A stretch of 64,000 nt of DNA, taken from positions 206,630 to 270,629 of IMG/VR virus record IMGVR_UViG_3300017917_003822; one strand, 5' to 3'. The notes beneath the pieces were generated by a model that saw only the letters and a program-made list of their open reading frames with translations, made no database searches and was not told the origin of the DNA. This document shows positions 28,913 through 38,716 of this stretch, in pieces. Every line of letters starts with the position of its first letter. Positions within the stretch are counted from its first letter, which is position 1. The translations under genes were made by a program, and so were the position numbers.

Positions 28913-29350
28913 GTGGAAGAGAAAGATTTAAGGAGTTTGTCTCAGAGAATGAAGGATTGGTTTGATAGTCCGGAGGGAAGGAAGTCAGCCGAGGACTACT
29001 TCGAAAAGCTTAAAAAGAAAGAAGAGGTTTTAGAAAAAAGATGCGAGAGATTAAAAACTCATTTTAGTGACAATCAATCTTTCGATTCTCTAATGTCAAG
29101 GATCTTAGAGAAACAAGAAAAATACGACAAGAGACACTATTACACGTATACCGAGAGGCCTCTGCATGTAACCGATCTGGTCTGGGAATTGGCTTCAAGC
29201 GAGGGAACCCCAATCGAACCAGTTGATGGTTTAACGGAAAACTTTCCCTCCTCTATCTATGAATATTTTGGATATCAATTTGCTATCACACACGGACAAG
29301 GTTCGGTGTTAAGCATCTACAAAAACAAGGAATGCTTGTATAGAAGTTAA
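28913..29350 (+). CDS. hypothetical protein
   Basis: ORF in operon. Confidence 0.7.
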   Translation: MEEKDLRSLSQRMKDWFDSPEGRKSAEDYFEKLKKKEEVLEKRCERLKTHFSDNQSFDSLMSRILEKQEKYDKRHYYTYTERPLHVTDLVWELASSEGTPIEPVDGLTENFPSSIYEYFGYQFAITHGQGSVLSIYKNKECLYRS

Positions 29351-29360
29351 TCTGGTAATT

Positions 29361-29738
29361 ATGAGAATAAGAATCAATAACATAGAGTGCAGAAAGTACA
29401 CATCAACAAAAACTGATGATGTTCATTATGAGATCATAAAATGGGAACCTAATGAATACTTCGGTCAGGAGGAGAAACTGAGAAAAGAGGGTTATGAGGA
29501 TAGCTTTGGTGGCGATTTTCTAGTGAAGAATGGACATAATATACAAAAAACATTTTTCTCTAGTCCTGAATATTGCTTTACTATAGCATCATTATATCTC
29601 AATAGAAGAGAACCTTGCGTGTATTTAGAAAGCGTAGCTTCAAGACTTCTTGACTTGAACGAAGACGAGATCAAAGATTTTTTTGAGGTCTACAGATCAG
29701 CTGTTCCTAGGATAGAGAAAAAACATTTTAGAGATTAG
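29361..29738 (+). CDS. hypothetical protein
   Basis: ORF in operon. Confidence 0.7.
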   Translation: MRIRINNIECRKYTSTKTDDVHYEIIKWEPNEYFGQEEKLRKEGYEDSFGGDFLVKNGHNIQKTFFSSPEYCFTIASLYLNRREPCVYLESVASRLLDLNEDEIKDFFEVYRSAVPRIEKKHFRD

Positions 29739-29895
29739 AACATGGACAGAGAAACTGAAAAAATCTGGATTGGAATTCTCATCTTTCTTTTCGGATTTGC
29801 TGCAGGATATTTGCTTGCAAGTTCTATTCTAGATAAGAGGGAAGTTACTGAGGAGGATATGATAGAATTAAATAAAACACAATACTACGAATAAT

Positions 29896-30228
29896 ATGAA
29901 AACAAAAATTGTTATTTTGATTGGGCTTCTACTTGCTCTTATCATTGCGTGCGAGGAAGCTGGGATCACCAGAACTAAAATACAGGGCACGGAGGGAAAC
30001 CTACCTCCAGAATTGAAGGGATTAAAGATCTATGACGTTTCTACCGGAGGTGGATCTTATGTTAAGGTTGGTATTTTAAACGGAGAGGTCAATGGACTAA
30101 CATACCCGAAGGGAAAACTTCAGGAATCTTTAATAATGGTCCAGAACGGTAAAAATAGAGTAATAGAAATTGAATCAATCATTTCGGAAAATGATTCCAT
30201 CATCGTTGTTAAAAAATCAACCAAGTAA
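29896..30228 (+). CDS. putative lipoprotein
   Basis: Hydrophobic N-terminus ending IIAC. Confidence 0.65.
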   Translation: MKTKIVILIGLLLALIIACEEAGITRTKIQGTEGNLPPELKGLKIYDVSTGGGSYVKVGILNGEVNGLTYPKGKLQESLIMVQNGKNRVIEIESIISENDSIIVVKKSTK

Positions 30229-30437
30229 TGGTATCTGCTGATTTTAAAAGAATGATGTCCGAGAGTGACGGTAGTCAAAGATCAAAAGAATATATCGAAC
30301 AACTTGCAAGACAACACGGCTACATTCTTGAATGGGATAAAGGGATTGCTTATGCCGAGACCAGATGTGGCTGGAGGGAAGAGATGCAAAGAGATAGGGA
30401 AGCAGTAAGAAGAGCCAAAGCTAGAGGTTGCTTTTAA
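30228..30437 (+). CDS. hypothetical protein
   Basis: Overlapping stop/start (TAATG). Confidence 0.6.
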   Translation: MVSADFKRMMSESDGSQRSKEYIEQLARQHGYILEWDKGIAYAETRCGWREEMQRDREAVRRAKARGCF

Positions 30438-30449
30438 AAATATAATATT

Positions 30450-30650
30450 ATGAACGAAAAAGACGAAAAAATGAATGATGATTTATGGTGTCACTACAGC
30501 AATCTTCCCTCGCCGATGGCTTACGCCGAATGTGCAGATTATGACAGCATGGGAAATCACGGGAGATTTCCGGAAACAAAGAAAAAGAATCCTAAATCAA
30601 TTCTTAAAAGGATGAAGAAGCTAAAATTAATCTCAACAATACTTCATTAA
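30450..30650 (+). CDS. hypothetical protein
   Basis: DLWCHYS.LPSP.AY motif. Confidence 0.6.
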   Translation: MNEKDEKMNDDLWCHYSNLPSPMAYAECADYDSMGNHGRFPETKKKNPKSILKRMKKLKLISTILH

Positions 30651-30667
30651 TTATCAAGACTAGAAAA

Positions 30668-31153
30668 ATGAATAAAGAAAATCAACCATGGCTAAGAGCC
30701 AGCATTAAAATAACAAAACCAATAGTTCTAATTGATATGGACGGGGTTATTTGTGATTTTGATAAGAGAGCTAAAGAACTGGAGGCACAAGGTATTAAAG
30801 GTCACAGTCTTTTCAAACATCCGAGTGCATACAGAGCTTTAGAACCCATAGAAGGAGCGGTTGATGCATGGCACGATTTACAGGATAAGTACGAGACCTA
30901 TATTTTAAGTACTCCACCTTGGAGTAATCCTGATGCTTGGTCAGAAAAAAGAATCTGGGTTCAGCAGTATCTAGGTGACAGTGCTAAGAAAAAACTGATC
31001 CTATGTCACAACAAAGGTCTAGTTATCGGTGATTATCTTATCGATGATCGAATTGCCAACGGTGTAGCTGATTTCAAGGGGGAACACATTCACTTTGGAA
31101 CAGATAAGTTTCCTGGATGGGAAAGTGTACTTGAGTATCTTAAATCTAAATAA
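30668..31153 (+). CDS. 5'(3')-deoxyribonucleotidase (NT5C-type HAD)
   Basis: IDMDGVICDF, LSTPPW, EKRIWV, GDYLIDDR. Confidence 0.9.
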   Translation: MNKENQPWLRASIKITKPIVLIDMDGVICDFDKRAKELEAQGIKGHSLFKHPSAYRALEPIEGAVDAWHDLQDKYETYILSTPPWSNPDAWSEKRIWVQQYLGDSAKKKLILCHNKGLVIGDYLIDDRIANGVADFKGEHIHFGTDKFPGWESVLEYLKSK

Positions 31154-31170
31154 TATGAATTTTGATATAG

Positions 31171-31404
31171 ATGAGAGGTGGCTTTAAATCTCTAAGAGAT
31201 CAGTATTATGACATTATATTAGGAAAGGTCATGATACCCAAGGAAGATCTCAATGAGGTAGAAATGGAAATAATCGATGCTGGTTTCGAACTGATGAAGG
31301 AAAAACTTGAGGATATAAAAATTCTCAATGATGAGATAAAGAGACTATCGATAGAGAACGCAAATCTAAAAGCATATAACGACGATAAAGAATACGGTGA
31401 ATAA
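31171..31404 (+). CDS. hypothetical coiled-coil protein
   Basis: ORF in operon. Confidence 0.6.
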   Translation: MRGGFKSLRDQYYDIILGKVMIPKEDLNEVEMEIIDAGFELMKEKLEDIKILNDEIKRLSIENANLKAYNDDKEYGE

Positions 31405-31425
31405 TTTTTATTCACCGTATTCTTT
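31387..31425. repeat. perfect 18-bp inverted repeat overlapping a variant class A promoter
   Basis: aaagaatacggtgaataa-ttt-ttattcaccgtattcttt; CG at 31416, N11, TAATCTTG at 31429. Confidence 0.8.
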
Positions 31426-31452
31426 TATTAATCTTGCTAAAAAATAAAAAGG

Positions 31453-32196
31453 ATGTTTAAATTTTACGAAGTAGGTGGAAAAGTTAGAGATGAGATTTTA
31501 GGTCTAGAATCTAAGGACGTTGATTATGTTGCAGTTCCGAACGATGGGCTATTGGAAAAGAATCATGACGCTTATGAGATGTTTGTCATTCTCGAAACCT
31601 ATCTGCACAATCAGAATTTTGAAATTTTTCTAACAACACCAGAATGCTTTACGATCAGAGCAAAATTCCCGAAGGATCATAAATATCAAGGGGTTGCTGA
31701 TTTCGTGATGGCAAGGAAAGAGGTTGGATACATTCAGGGTACAAGAACTCCGATCATTAAACCTGGAACACTATATGATGATCTTGAAAGAAGAGACTTT
31801 ACTCTTAATGCACTAGCAAGAGATGAAGACGGTCAAATTATTGATTATTTCAATGGTTTAAACGATCTAAATGAGAAAAAGCTTGTAACCCCTCTGGAAG
31901 CAAAAACAACGATGCTAGACGATCCCTTAAGGCTTCTAAGAGCTTTCAGATTTTCAATCACCAAGGGATTTGAGATATCACCGGACATTATGAATACCTG
32001 CACGAGCAACGAGGTTATAGATAAGTTGGAGACTGTTGTTTCTCAGGAAAGAATCCGGGAGGAGATTTTTAAAATGACGAAGCATGACACATTAGGTACG
32101 TTGGAACTATTCGAGAGAATAAGAGTTCTAAACCCAAGAATTTTGAAAATTATATTCAGTAACGGTATGTGGCTAAAACCAACAAACGAGAAATAA
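31453..32196 (+). CDS. cca: CCA-adding tRNA nucleotidyltransferase (class II, short)
   Basis: VGGKVRD..LG...KDVDY, DLERRDFTLNALA, DDPLRLLRAFRF. Confidence 0.88.
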   Translation: MFKFYEVGGKVRDEILGLESKDVDYVAVPNDGLLEKNHDAYEMFVILETYLHNQNFEIFLTTPECFTIRAKFPKDHKYQGVADFVMARKEVGYIQGTRTPIIKPGTLYDDLERRDFTLNALARDEDGQIIDYFNGLNDLNEKKLVTPLEAKTTMLDDPLRLLRAFRFSITKGFEISPDIMNTCTSNEVIDKLETVVSQERIREEIFKMTKHDTLGTLELFERIRVLNPRILKIIFSNGMWLKPTNEK

Positions 32197-32198
32197 TT

Positions 32199-32420
32199 AT
32201 GGACAAGAAAAACGAGTTTAAAAACGTAATCCCAGGCAAAATCTATAGACACTATAAGGGAGGTCTGTATGAGGTTTTACATTTAGCAACGCACACTGAT
32301 GACGATTCGATAATGGTCATCTATCGCTCAGTTCACTTCGGAACATATTATGCTAGACCATTGTCTGATTGGAACACACCAGTAAACAACAACCCAAGAT
32401 TTTATGAATACAACGGATAG
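32199..32420 (+). CDS. DUF1653-like protein
   Basis: GKIYRHYKGGLYEV...MVIY.S...YARPL..W. Confidence 0.8.
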   Translation: MDKKNEFKNVIPGKIYRHYKGGLYEVLHLATHTDDDSIMVIYRSVHFGTYYARPLSDWNTPVNNNPRFYEYNG

Positions 32421-32715
32421 GAACAAATTTTTAGAAATGGATGGACTTTATTGGGAATCTGAGACCCATGAATGGTTCAATGACAAGATATCTACGGATT
32501 ATGCCAGAAAAAAATCCGTTCTATGGGGAAGCGGAGAACAGAACGATGCACTGGACGTAGTTTGCTTTGTGGTTAGAAACAAAGAGACCGGAGAGTATGA
32601 TCGGGTTATGGTTGACGCTAAAACTAGTCAGCCAATCTACGATACAAAATCACTGGAGGATCTTTCATACAAGATAGATCAAATGAAAGTAACAAAAAGA
32701 TTCAACAATGCCTGA
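32404..32715 (+). CDS. hypothetical protein
   Basis: ORF in operon. Confidence 0.7.
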   Translation: MNTTDRNKFLEMDGLYWESETHEWFNDKISTDYARKKSVLWGSGEQNDALDVVCFVVRNKETGEYDRVMVDAKTSQPIYDTKSLEDLSYKIDQMKVTKRFNNA

Positions 32716-33445
32716 ATTTAAACTACTTTGTCCCGTCTGTAGATCTGAACTGGAGATTACACACACCGGTCGATATCAGGATATGTGCGAGCATGTATCA
32801 AATCCAAATTCCGAACCTAGCCTGAAGGATGGCTACCAATGCACAAACGTTGATTGGTGCGAAGCTGCACTGATGAATTTCACTTGGATAGCTGACGGTG
32901 ATGTTTTTCTATCTGATCCTCCACCAGGAGTAACAAGAAGTGGTGCGTTTGATAAACTAGAGAAGTTAAGCACCAGTGGCATGACATATGCGATAAACTC
33001 ATGGAATCATTTTTACCGTAGAGGCAAAGCTGAAATAGCTAAACGTTCTAGAAAAATTCATATCGGGAAATATACACTCAAGATCGAACCTAAAGAACTT
33101 GGATATAAGTACCCAACGTATAAACAATATATGCCAAGTACATTCAGCTGGAGATATGAGATATGGAAAAAAAATGAAAATCACACTTCAACACATATTA
33201 TACCAATCCATGAAATGGTCCTTTATACAGTCGGTAGCTTTAAAAGAACCTATGGATTAATTCAGAGGGGAAGTGAACACAAGTCTAATGTAAGAGAATG
33301 TATGGAATATATGACAGGGAGAAGGTATGGTCAGGATGACGATAGACTCTATGTCAGAATTTCGGCATTTCTGATTAAATTTTTATATCCGCTAAAATGC
33401 AGAAAGATACGAAGATTAACTAAAGAATTGAATATAACATGGTGA
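32708..33445 (+). CDS. Zn-ribbon-containing hypothetical protein
   Basis: CPVC and C....C. Confidence 0.65.
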   Translation: MPEFKLLCPVCRSELEITHTGRYQDMCEHVSNPNSEPSLKDGYQCTNVDWCEAALMNFTWIADGDVFLSDPPPGVTRSGAFDKLEKLSTSGMTYAINSWNHFYRRGKAEIAKRSRKIHIGKYTLKIEPKELGYKYPTYKQYMPSTFSWRYEIWKKNENHTSTHIIPIHEMVLYTVGSFKRTYGLIQRGSEHKSNVRECMEYMTGRRYGQDDDRLYVRISAFLIKFLYPLKCRKIRRLTKELNITW

Positions 33446-33786
33446 GAATGAGCAGACAAAGTGGGAGGACATCAAAAATAGCTCTTTTTGCAGCTACCCA
33501 GCTATTCGAGGTTGGACAGGTGGTCGTTACAGATCACACCTCATTTGAATATAAGTCAGCTAGAAATGATACTCAGATGTATCTTGTTGATAAGATCAAA
33601 AGAATATATCATGCCATTAATTCGAGGGACACTGATGAGTATGAAATTCATCATAACATAATCCCAGCTGGACAGAGAGGGCGTAATGATTTTATGGTTG
33701 TTCATCTATGGGTGGAATTTAAAAAGAAGAGAAAAAATACTGAAGATGAGGAAGTTGAATGGATAAAACTAAAAGATTATGAATAA
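33439..33786 (+). CDS. hypothetical protein
   Basis: RQSGRTS (degenerate P-loop-like). Confidence 0.6.
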   Translation: MVRMSRQSGRTSKIALFAATQLFEVGQVVVTDHTSFEYKSARNDTQMYLVDKIKRIYHAINSRDTDEYEIHHNIIPAGQRGRNDFMVVHLWVEFKKKRKNTEDEEVEWIKLKDYE

Positions 33787-34033
33787 AGCAAAATATGTAA
33801 TAGTAGAAGGAAGTGCCATCGTTTTCTCTGCAGCTATCCAACATAAAGATATGGTTGGATTTAACCAAAAATGCGAGGGTGCTGGGTTTGTAACTTTTTA
33901 CACACAATTGGATACCTACGGTGATACCATTATCAAAGCCGATTGTTATGGTGAATCAATTTCACTTGGGATTAAATCAAGAGGGGCTGAAGATAGCGCC
34001 ATTGTAACCAGACAAATTTCAAACATCTTCTGA
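33779..34033 (+). CDS. conserved phage hypothetical protein
   Basis: IVFS..I.H, AGFV, CYGESISL...SR pattern. Confidence 0.7.
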   Translation: MNKAKYVIVEGSAIVFSAAIQHKDMVGFNQKCEGAGFVTFYTQLDTYGDTIIKADCYGESISLGIKSRGAEDSAIVTRQISNIF

Positions 34034-34037
34034 TAAC

Positions 34038-34457
34038 ATGTACAGAGAATATTCACTTCTTGAAATTGGTAAACCAAATTCTATTGGCAACATCTATGAC
34101 AGAGAAGGTGTTGAAAAGATATTAGAGATATTTCACGATAAGGGCTCTCTATCGGGCGAATTTGTTGAAACACGTACGGGGGAAAGGGATTCGATTTTAT
34201 CTAAAACTCATGACATACATCACATGTATGTCGAGGACGATTTCTTGGTGATAGTGGTGAAATTTATGGACACTAAAAACGGGAGGATAGCAGAGAGAGC
34301 GTTTAGTGAGGGTGAGGCCGTATTTAGACCAACGATCAGAGGAAAAATCAACTACGATACTCAAATAATCAAAGTGATTGATGTTATAAGCATAGATCTG
34401 ATCTCAATAAACGATAGAATAACATCCCCCGATATATCATGGAAAAAATTAAAATAA
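34038..34457 (+). CDS. degenerate T4 gp21-type prohead-protease homolog
   Basis: PNSIGNIYDRE, SGEF, KTH.I, MDTKNG.IA, FRPTIRG, IDL collinear with gp21-like motifs; catalytic Ser apparently lost. Confidence 0.5.
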   Translation: MYREYSLLEIGKPNSIGNIYDREGVEKILEIFHDKGSLSGEFVETRTGERDSILSKTHDIHHMYVEDDFLVIVVKFMDTKNGRIAERAFSEGEAVFRPTIRGKINYDTQIIKVIDVISIDLISINDRITSPDISWKKLK

Positions 34458-34468
34458 CCTTCAAATAA

Positions 34469-34500
34469 TTTTTTATTACCGAATAACTTATCTACATTTG
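34469..34500 (+). promoter_or_regulatory. Class A promoter
   Basis: T-tract-attaccg-N11-TACATTTG. Confidence 0.75.
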
Positions 34501-34944
34501 TCAAACAATCTTAAAAAAAAAGAAGTCATGGCGGTAATATCAATCAATTACGACGGAGGCGGTAAAGAATATGACGATAACGATAACGTTATTGGGGAAA
34601 TACCAATAGTATACGAATCAGTTGAACTGAGTATCTCAGGTTCAGACAGAATTATTTTTTCTAGTGGTAATTTTATTAAAGATTGGTATGATGCTAAGAA
34701 GAAATATCTGGAGAATGATGAGGATCCAGTTTTTTGTCACTCGTCATCAGTCGATCATTTCTTCATGGACGGTGCAAAATACGACAGCGCATATCTACAT
34801 GTTGTTGACGGGTCACCAGTTCTTAAGTATTTAGATCGAACCAAGGAAGATTGGTATCTAGATCCAATTGGTGAAGGATGGGAATTCTTTGTTAACGAGG
34901 GAGAAACCCCAACATTTGAAGAACTTAAAGAGTTTTGTAAATAA
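34498..34944 (+). CDS. hypothetical protein (true start probably the downstream ATG, MAVISI)
   Basis: ORF after promoter. Confidence 0.7.
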   Translation: MSNNLKKKEVMAVISINYDGGGKEYDDNDNVIGEIPIVYESVELSISGSDRIIFSSGNFIKDWYDAKKKYLENDEDPVFCHSSSVDHFFMDGAKYDSAYLHVVDGSPVLKYLDRTKEDWYLDPIGEGWEFFVNEGETPTFEELKEFCK

Positions 34945-35564
34945 TGAAAGCCACTGTAAAATATGATGTTCTTTTCTACAATGGTGAAAGGGGAACGGTA
35001 AGAGAAACGTACGATTGTCCAGACTTTGAGGATATGGGTCCACAACAGGTAGTAATAAACGGAGAAAAAATCTCGGACGAGTACAACAACACAATAGAGA
35101 ACCAGATCGATGAATGGGTCTCGGATCTTGATAAGAGAGACTTAATGAATTCCAGAGACATTGCCATCATATTTAATTGGGAGATTATATCGGCTAAAAA
35201 GGAGACAACCAAAAATTTAATCGTCAAAGAAAGAAAGCTTACCCAGTCTGAGTTGGTTGGTTTATTTGTTAAGATGTCTCCAATGTCAGACGAATTAAAA
35301 ACTGAATTCGTTGCAGTTTACAAGGAACTAAAACCATCAATCAAGAATCTTAAGTTCGACAAGCAAATTGATATAACATTCAAGGGATTAAATATTGGAA
35401 TGAAAGCTGCGAGTCAGGCATATAAGTACATTAACGAATTTTCAAAGACCATGAGCGATATGAAAACTGAGGACTATAAATCTGTTTCATGGGGAGAAAC
35501 GGTTTTTAATAAAAAGAAGATGTTGGAGGATGCTAAGGAAAAAACAACTAAGAAATTAGAATAG
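34944..35564 (+). CDS. hypothetical protein
   Basis: ORF in operon. Confidence 0.65.
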   Translation: MKATVKYDVLFYNGERGTVRETYDCPDFEDMGPQQVVINGEKISDEYNNTIENQIDEWVSDLDKRDLMNSRDIAIIFNWEIISAKKETTKNLIVKERKLTQSELVGLFVKMSPMSDELKTEFVAVYKELKPSIKNLKFDKQIDITFKGLNIGMKAASQAYKYINEFSKTMSDMKTEDYKSVSWGETVFNKKKMLEDAKEKTTKKLE

Positions 35565-35796
35565 ACATATGGAAACTATTTATATTATCTCAATTTTACT
35601 ATTTTTTAATCTGTTGTTATTCTTAATTATCTACATGGACAAAAAGATCTCAGAACTACCAGACAACCACCGCTTTAAGAAATGGTGGGAGAGAAATATA
35701 ATAGGTCCGGAGGAATAATATTTATCAACAACTAAAATTTTTATAATAAGGAATGACTAAATTTGTAATTTTTAACTTTAATTTTAATTTATATTT

Positions 35797-37239
35797 ATGA
35801 CAACTATTTTATCTTTGGTATCTTACATAGTACCTGCAATTATCGGAATCTTTATTTTAATTTATATTCTCTCATTAAGGAGAATTGTACCAACCAATGT
35901 GGTTCACATCGTTCAAAGAGGAAACCAAACTGTTTCATACGGAACAAATAAACAATCAAATGTTTATTATGAATGGCCAAGCTGGCTACCTAAATTAGGG
36001 GTAACTGTTCGTGTTCTTCCTGTATCTAACTTCGATATTGATTTGAAACGTTATGAAGCTTATGATAAAGATCGTGTACCATTTGTCGTCGACGTTAAAG
36101 CTTTCTTCCATATTTCGAATACAAACATTGCAGCTGAAAAGGTTGAATCTTTCGAAGAACTTAGAGGCCAATTAGAAAATGTAGTTCAAGGTGCGGTTCG
36201 TTCAATCTTAGCTAAATCTAAATTGGAAGAGATCATGGAGGAACGTTCAGTCTTTGGTAAACAATTTACCGACGCAGTCAACACAGATTTACAAAACTGG
36301 GGTGTTGAAGCAATAAAAAGTATTGAATTAATGGACGTAAGAGACGCTGACGGATCTCACGTAATCCAACAGATCATGGCAAAACGTATGTCAGCAATCG
36401 ACATGGAATCAAGAACTGAAGTTGCTAAAAACCAGAAACTTGCGAAACAGGCAGAGCTTGAAGCCAAAAAAGAGATTGATGTAACTACGGCGGAGACTGA
36501 GAGAATTGCCGGAGAAGCACAAGCACAATCTCAACAAGCAATCGGTATCGCCAAAGCAGAATCGATGAAGAAAACTGGTATTGCCGAACAAGAGTCAATT
36601 TCAGAAATTGCCAGAGCCGAAAGAGCCACTGCAGAACAGCAAATGGAGGTTGTTAAGGTCAACCAGGTAAAACAAGCAGAGATCGACAGAGAGCGTGAAA
36701 TTATTACTGCCGAACAGGAAAAACAAAAAATGGAAATCCAGGCACAGGCTGATAAATTTAGAATTGAAACCGAAGCTGCTGCTCAATTAGAAGCAAAAAG
36801 AAAAGAGGCTGAGGCTGTTAAAACCGTCGGATCCGCAGAAGCAGAGGTTATTAAGGCTAAGGGTATTTCAGAGGCTGAATCTAAAAAGGCAATGGAATTG
36901 GCAGGGGTAACTGCACAAACAACACTGGCGAAAGAAATTGGTGAGAACAAGCCTTATCAAGAGTACTTAATTAAAGTTAAGGAAGTTGAAGTTAGTCAAG
37001 TTGTTGGAGTTGCTCAGTATGAGTCTATGGCAAAAGCATTATCAGCAGCTGACTTAAAGCTATTAGTTAACAGTGGAGATGTTCATTCTGGAATTGGTAA
37101 GTTATCTGACTTATTTACATCAAAGGGTGCATCTCAGATTAACGGGTTACTTGAAGGTCTAAAACAAACCGACGAGGGCAAGAATTTATTAGAGATGCTG
37201 AACGGCTTAACTTCGTCTAAGGTTACTAAATCTGAATAA
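35797..37239 (+). CDS. flotillin/SPFH-domain membrane protein
   Basis: N-terminal TM, SPFH domain, long AEA/EKE coiled-coil repeats. Confidence 0.9.
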   Translation: MTTILSLVSYIVPAIIGIFILIYILSLRRIVPTNVVHIVQRGNQTVSYGTNKQSNVYYEWPSWLPKLGVTVRVLPVSNFDIDLKRYEAYDKDRVPFVVDVKAFFHISNTNIAAEKVESFEELRGQLENVVQGAVRSILAKSKLEEIMEERSVFGKQFTDAVNTDLQNWGVEAIKSIELMDVRDADGSHVIQQIMAKRMSAIDMESRTEVAKNQKLAKQAELEAKKEIDVTTAETERIAGEAQAQSQQAIGIAKAESMKKTGIAEQESISEIARAERATAEQQMEVVKVNQVKQAEIDREREIITAEQEKQKMEIQAQADKFRIETEAAAQLEAKRKEAEAVKTVGSAEAEVIKAKGISEAESKKAMELAGVTAQTTLAKEIGENKPYQEYLIKVKEVEVSQVVGVAQYESMAKALSAADLKLLVNSGDVHSGIGKLSDLFTSKGASQINGLLEGLKQTDEGKNLLEMLNGLTSSKVTKSE

Positions 37240-37243
37240 CAGG

Positions 37244-37591
37244 ATGAAGGTTATTATAGCAGGAAGCAGAGAATTCTCAAATTTCCAACTCATGTTTGCC
37301 AAATGCGAGGAGATACTCGGGGACGCTGAACAGGTAGAAATTGTCAGCGGAACAGCAAGAGGAGCGGATAAAATGGGAGAGCACTATGCTAGTCTAAAAG
37401 GGTTCAAAGTTAAACAATTTCCCGCTGACTGGAATAAATTCGGCAAGGCTGCTGGTCACATTAGAAATAAAGAGATGGCAGAATACGCAGATATGCTGAT
37501 AGCTTTCTGGGATGGAATAAGTTCAGGAACCAGTAGCATGATTAATCTCGCTAAGGAGAATGGACTTGAAGTTCACGTCATTAGATATTAA
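37244..37591 (+). CDS. DUF2493/YspA-like SLOG protein
   Basis: IIAGSREF, VSGTARGAD, ADW.K.GKAAG.IRN..M, FWDG.S.GT. Confidence 0.88.
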   Translation: MKVIIAGSREFSNFQLMFAKCEEILGDAEQVEIVSGTARGADKMGEHYASLKGFKVKQFPADWNKFGKAAGHIRNKEMAEYADMLIAFWDGISSGTSSMINLAKENGLEVHVIRY

Positions 37592-37612
37592 ATAATCTCG
37601 AAACACACTAAC

Positions 37613-37642
37613 AAAAAACCCAATCATCAGATTGGGTTTTTT
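37613..37642. terminator. bidirectional terminator
   Basis: aaaaaacccaatc-atca-gattgggtttttt between convergent genes. Confidence 0.8.
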
Positions 37643-37654
37643 ATTGTTTTTTTA

Positions 37655-37924
37655 TTATGAGTAGGGTTTATCCATCGTTGGGTAACCTGTTCTGTCCATA
37701 CATTTTTTAAGATACCCCATGGCCTCATTAATATATCCCTCATATGTGTGTGCCTCCTCCATATCATCGTGATAATCTTTAGCTTCCTTTGTCAGATACT
37801 CCTCACAAAGTTTTTCCATCTGCATTTTAGCAGATTCACTCATACAAGAACTTCCCTCCTGCATTCCGTAATTTTCCTGAATTTCGGAAATCCCGTAATT
37901 TTCATAAGATTGTAAATTTTTCAT
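37655..37924 (-). CDS. hypothetical protein with CTS-like leader
   Basis: MKNLQSYENY start. Confidence 0.7.
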   Translation of the reverse strand: MKNLQSYENYGISEIQENYGMQEGSSCMSESAKMQMEKLCEEYLTKEAKDYHDDMEEAHTYEGYINEAMGYLKKCMDRTGYPTMDKPYS

Positions 37925-37942
37925 AGTATTTTATTTAATTTT

Positions 37943-38191
37943 TTATTGTTCGTCTCCAGTTTTTTTGGAATTTTTAGCTGAAAATATTTTTTCGATTACA
38001 GTTAAACCTAAACCACCACCTGCTATTAAAACAAGGGCATCAAACATAAACTCCGGAGTAACGAAATCCTTAGAATTTATTGTTGCAACCCAGGTTAAGA
38101 TTATCACATTAAATAATGCAAAAAGTGCGGCGAACCTCTTGCTAGAAGTATCACTTTGCCCCGAAAGTAGGTCGTTAAAAAACTTTTTCAT
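37943..38191 (-). CDS. two-TM holin-like membrane protein
   Basis: SSKRF followed by two TM helices; function inferred. Confidence 0.55.
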   Translation of the reverse strand: MKKFFNDLLSGQSDTSSKRFAALFALFNVIILTWVATINSKDFVTPEFMFDALVLIAGGGLGLTVIEKIFSAKNSKKTGDEQ

Positions 38192-38212
38192 GTCTATTTT
38201 GGTTATTTTAAT

Positions 38213-38243
38213 CTATATATCTGAAAATGACTTAAATATATAG
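38213..38243. promoter_or_regulatory. back-to-back class B promoters
   Basis: gatatatag (minus, 38213-38221) and aatatatag (plus, 38235-38243). Confidence 0.6.
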
Positions 38244-38246
38244 TAC

Positions 38247-38684
38247 ATGAAGAATCTACTTGAATATAATCACTGGAACAATAACAGCATAAAATGGAAC
38301 CAAGGAGGCTGGTTGTTGATTAAAGGTAAACCTAATAAAGAGGGTAAATCTCACATTTTCGCAGCACAGGTTAGAAACGTGAGCCAGCTTGCTAGATATA
38401 AGACTAGTGGCAAGGAAGGTATACCCGTTAATATGGCGAATCTATATCCAGATTTTTATGGGATTGTTACCGATAGTTCGGGTGAAATAAAGGCTATGAA
38501 ACTTATTTCAGATACAGCTTATATAGATAAGTGGATTGGTTTAAAAAATCTTAGTGTTGGTCTAAATAAAAACAAGACTCTAAATTGGAGAGAAACCATT
38601 GCAGAAACATCACTGAGCAAGGTACTAAAATCAAATGAAGGTTTACTAAAAAATTCAGATGAATTTATAATACCTCAGAAATAA
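38247..38684 (+). CDS. hypothetical protein with CTS-like leader
   Basis: MKNLLEYNHW start. Confidence 0.7.
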   Translation: MKNLLEYNHWNNNSIKWNQGGWLLIKGKPNKEGKSHIFAAQVRNVSQLARYKTSGKEGIPVNMANLYPDFYGIVTDSSGEIKAMKLISDTAYIDKWIGLKNLSVGLNKNKTLNWRETIAETSLSKVLKSNEGLLKNSDEFIIPQK

Positions 38685-38716
38685 ACCGGCAGTTTATATT
38701 TTAAATATAAAATAAA

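Noticed and set aside
35758-35765. TAAATTTG upstream of flotillin as a class A promoter
   Set aside because: It has the -7 box but lacks the CG at the fixed position; may be a plain host-type promoter, not counted
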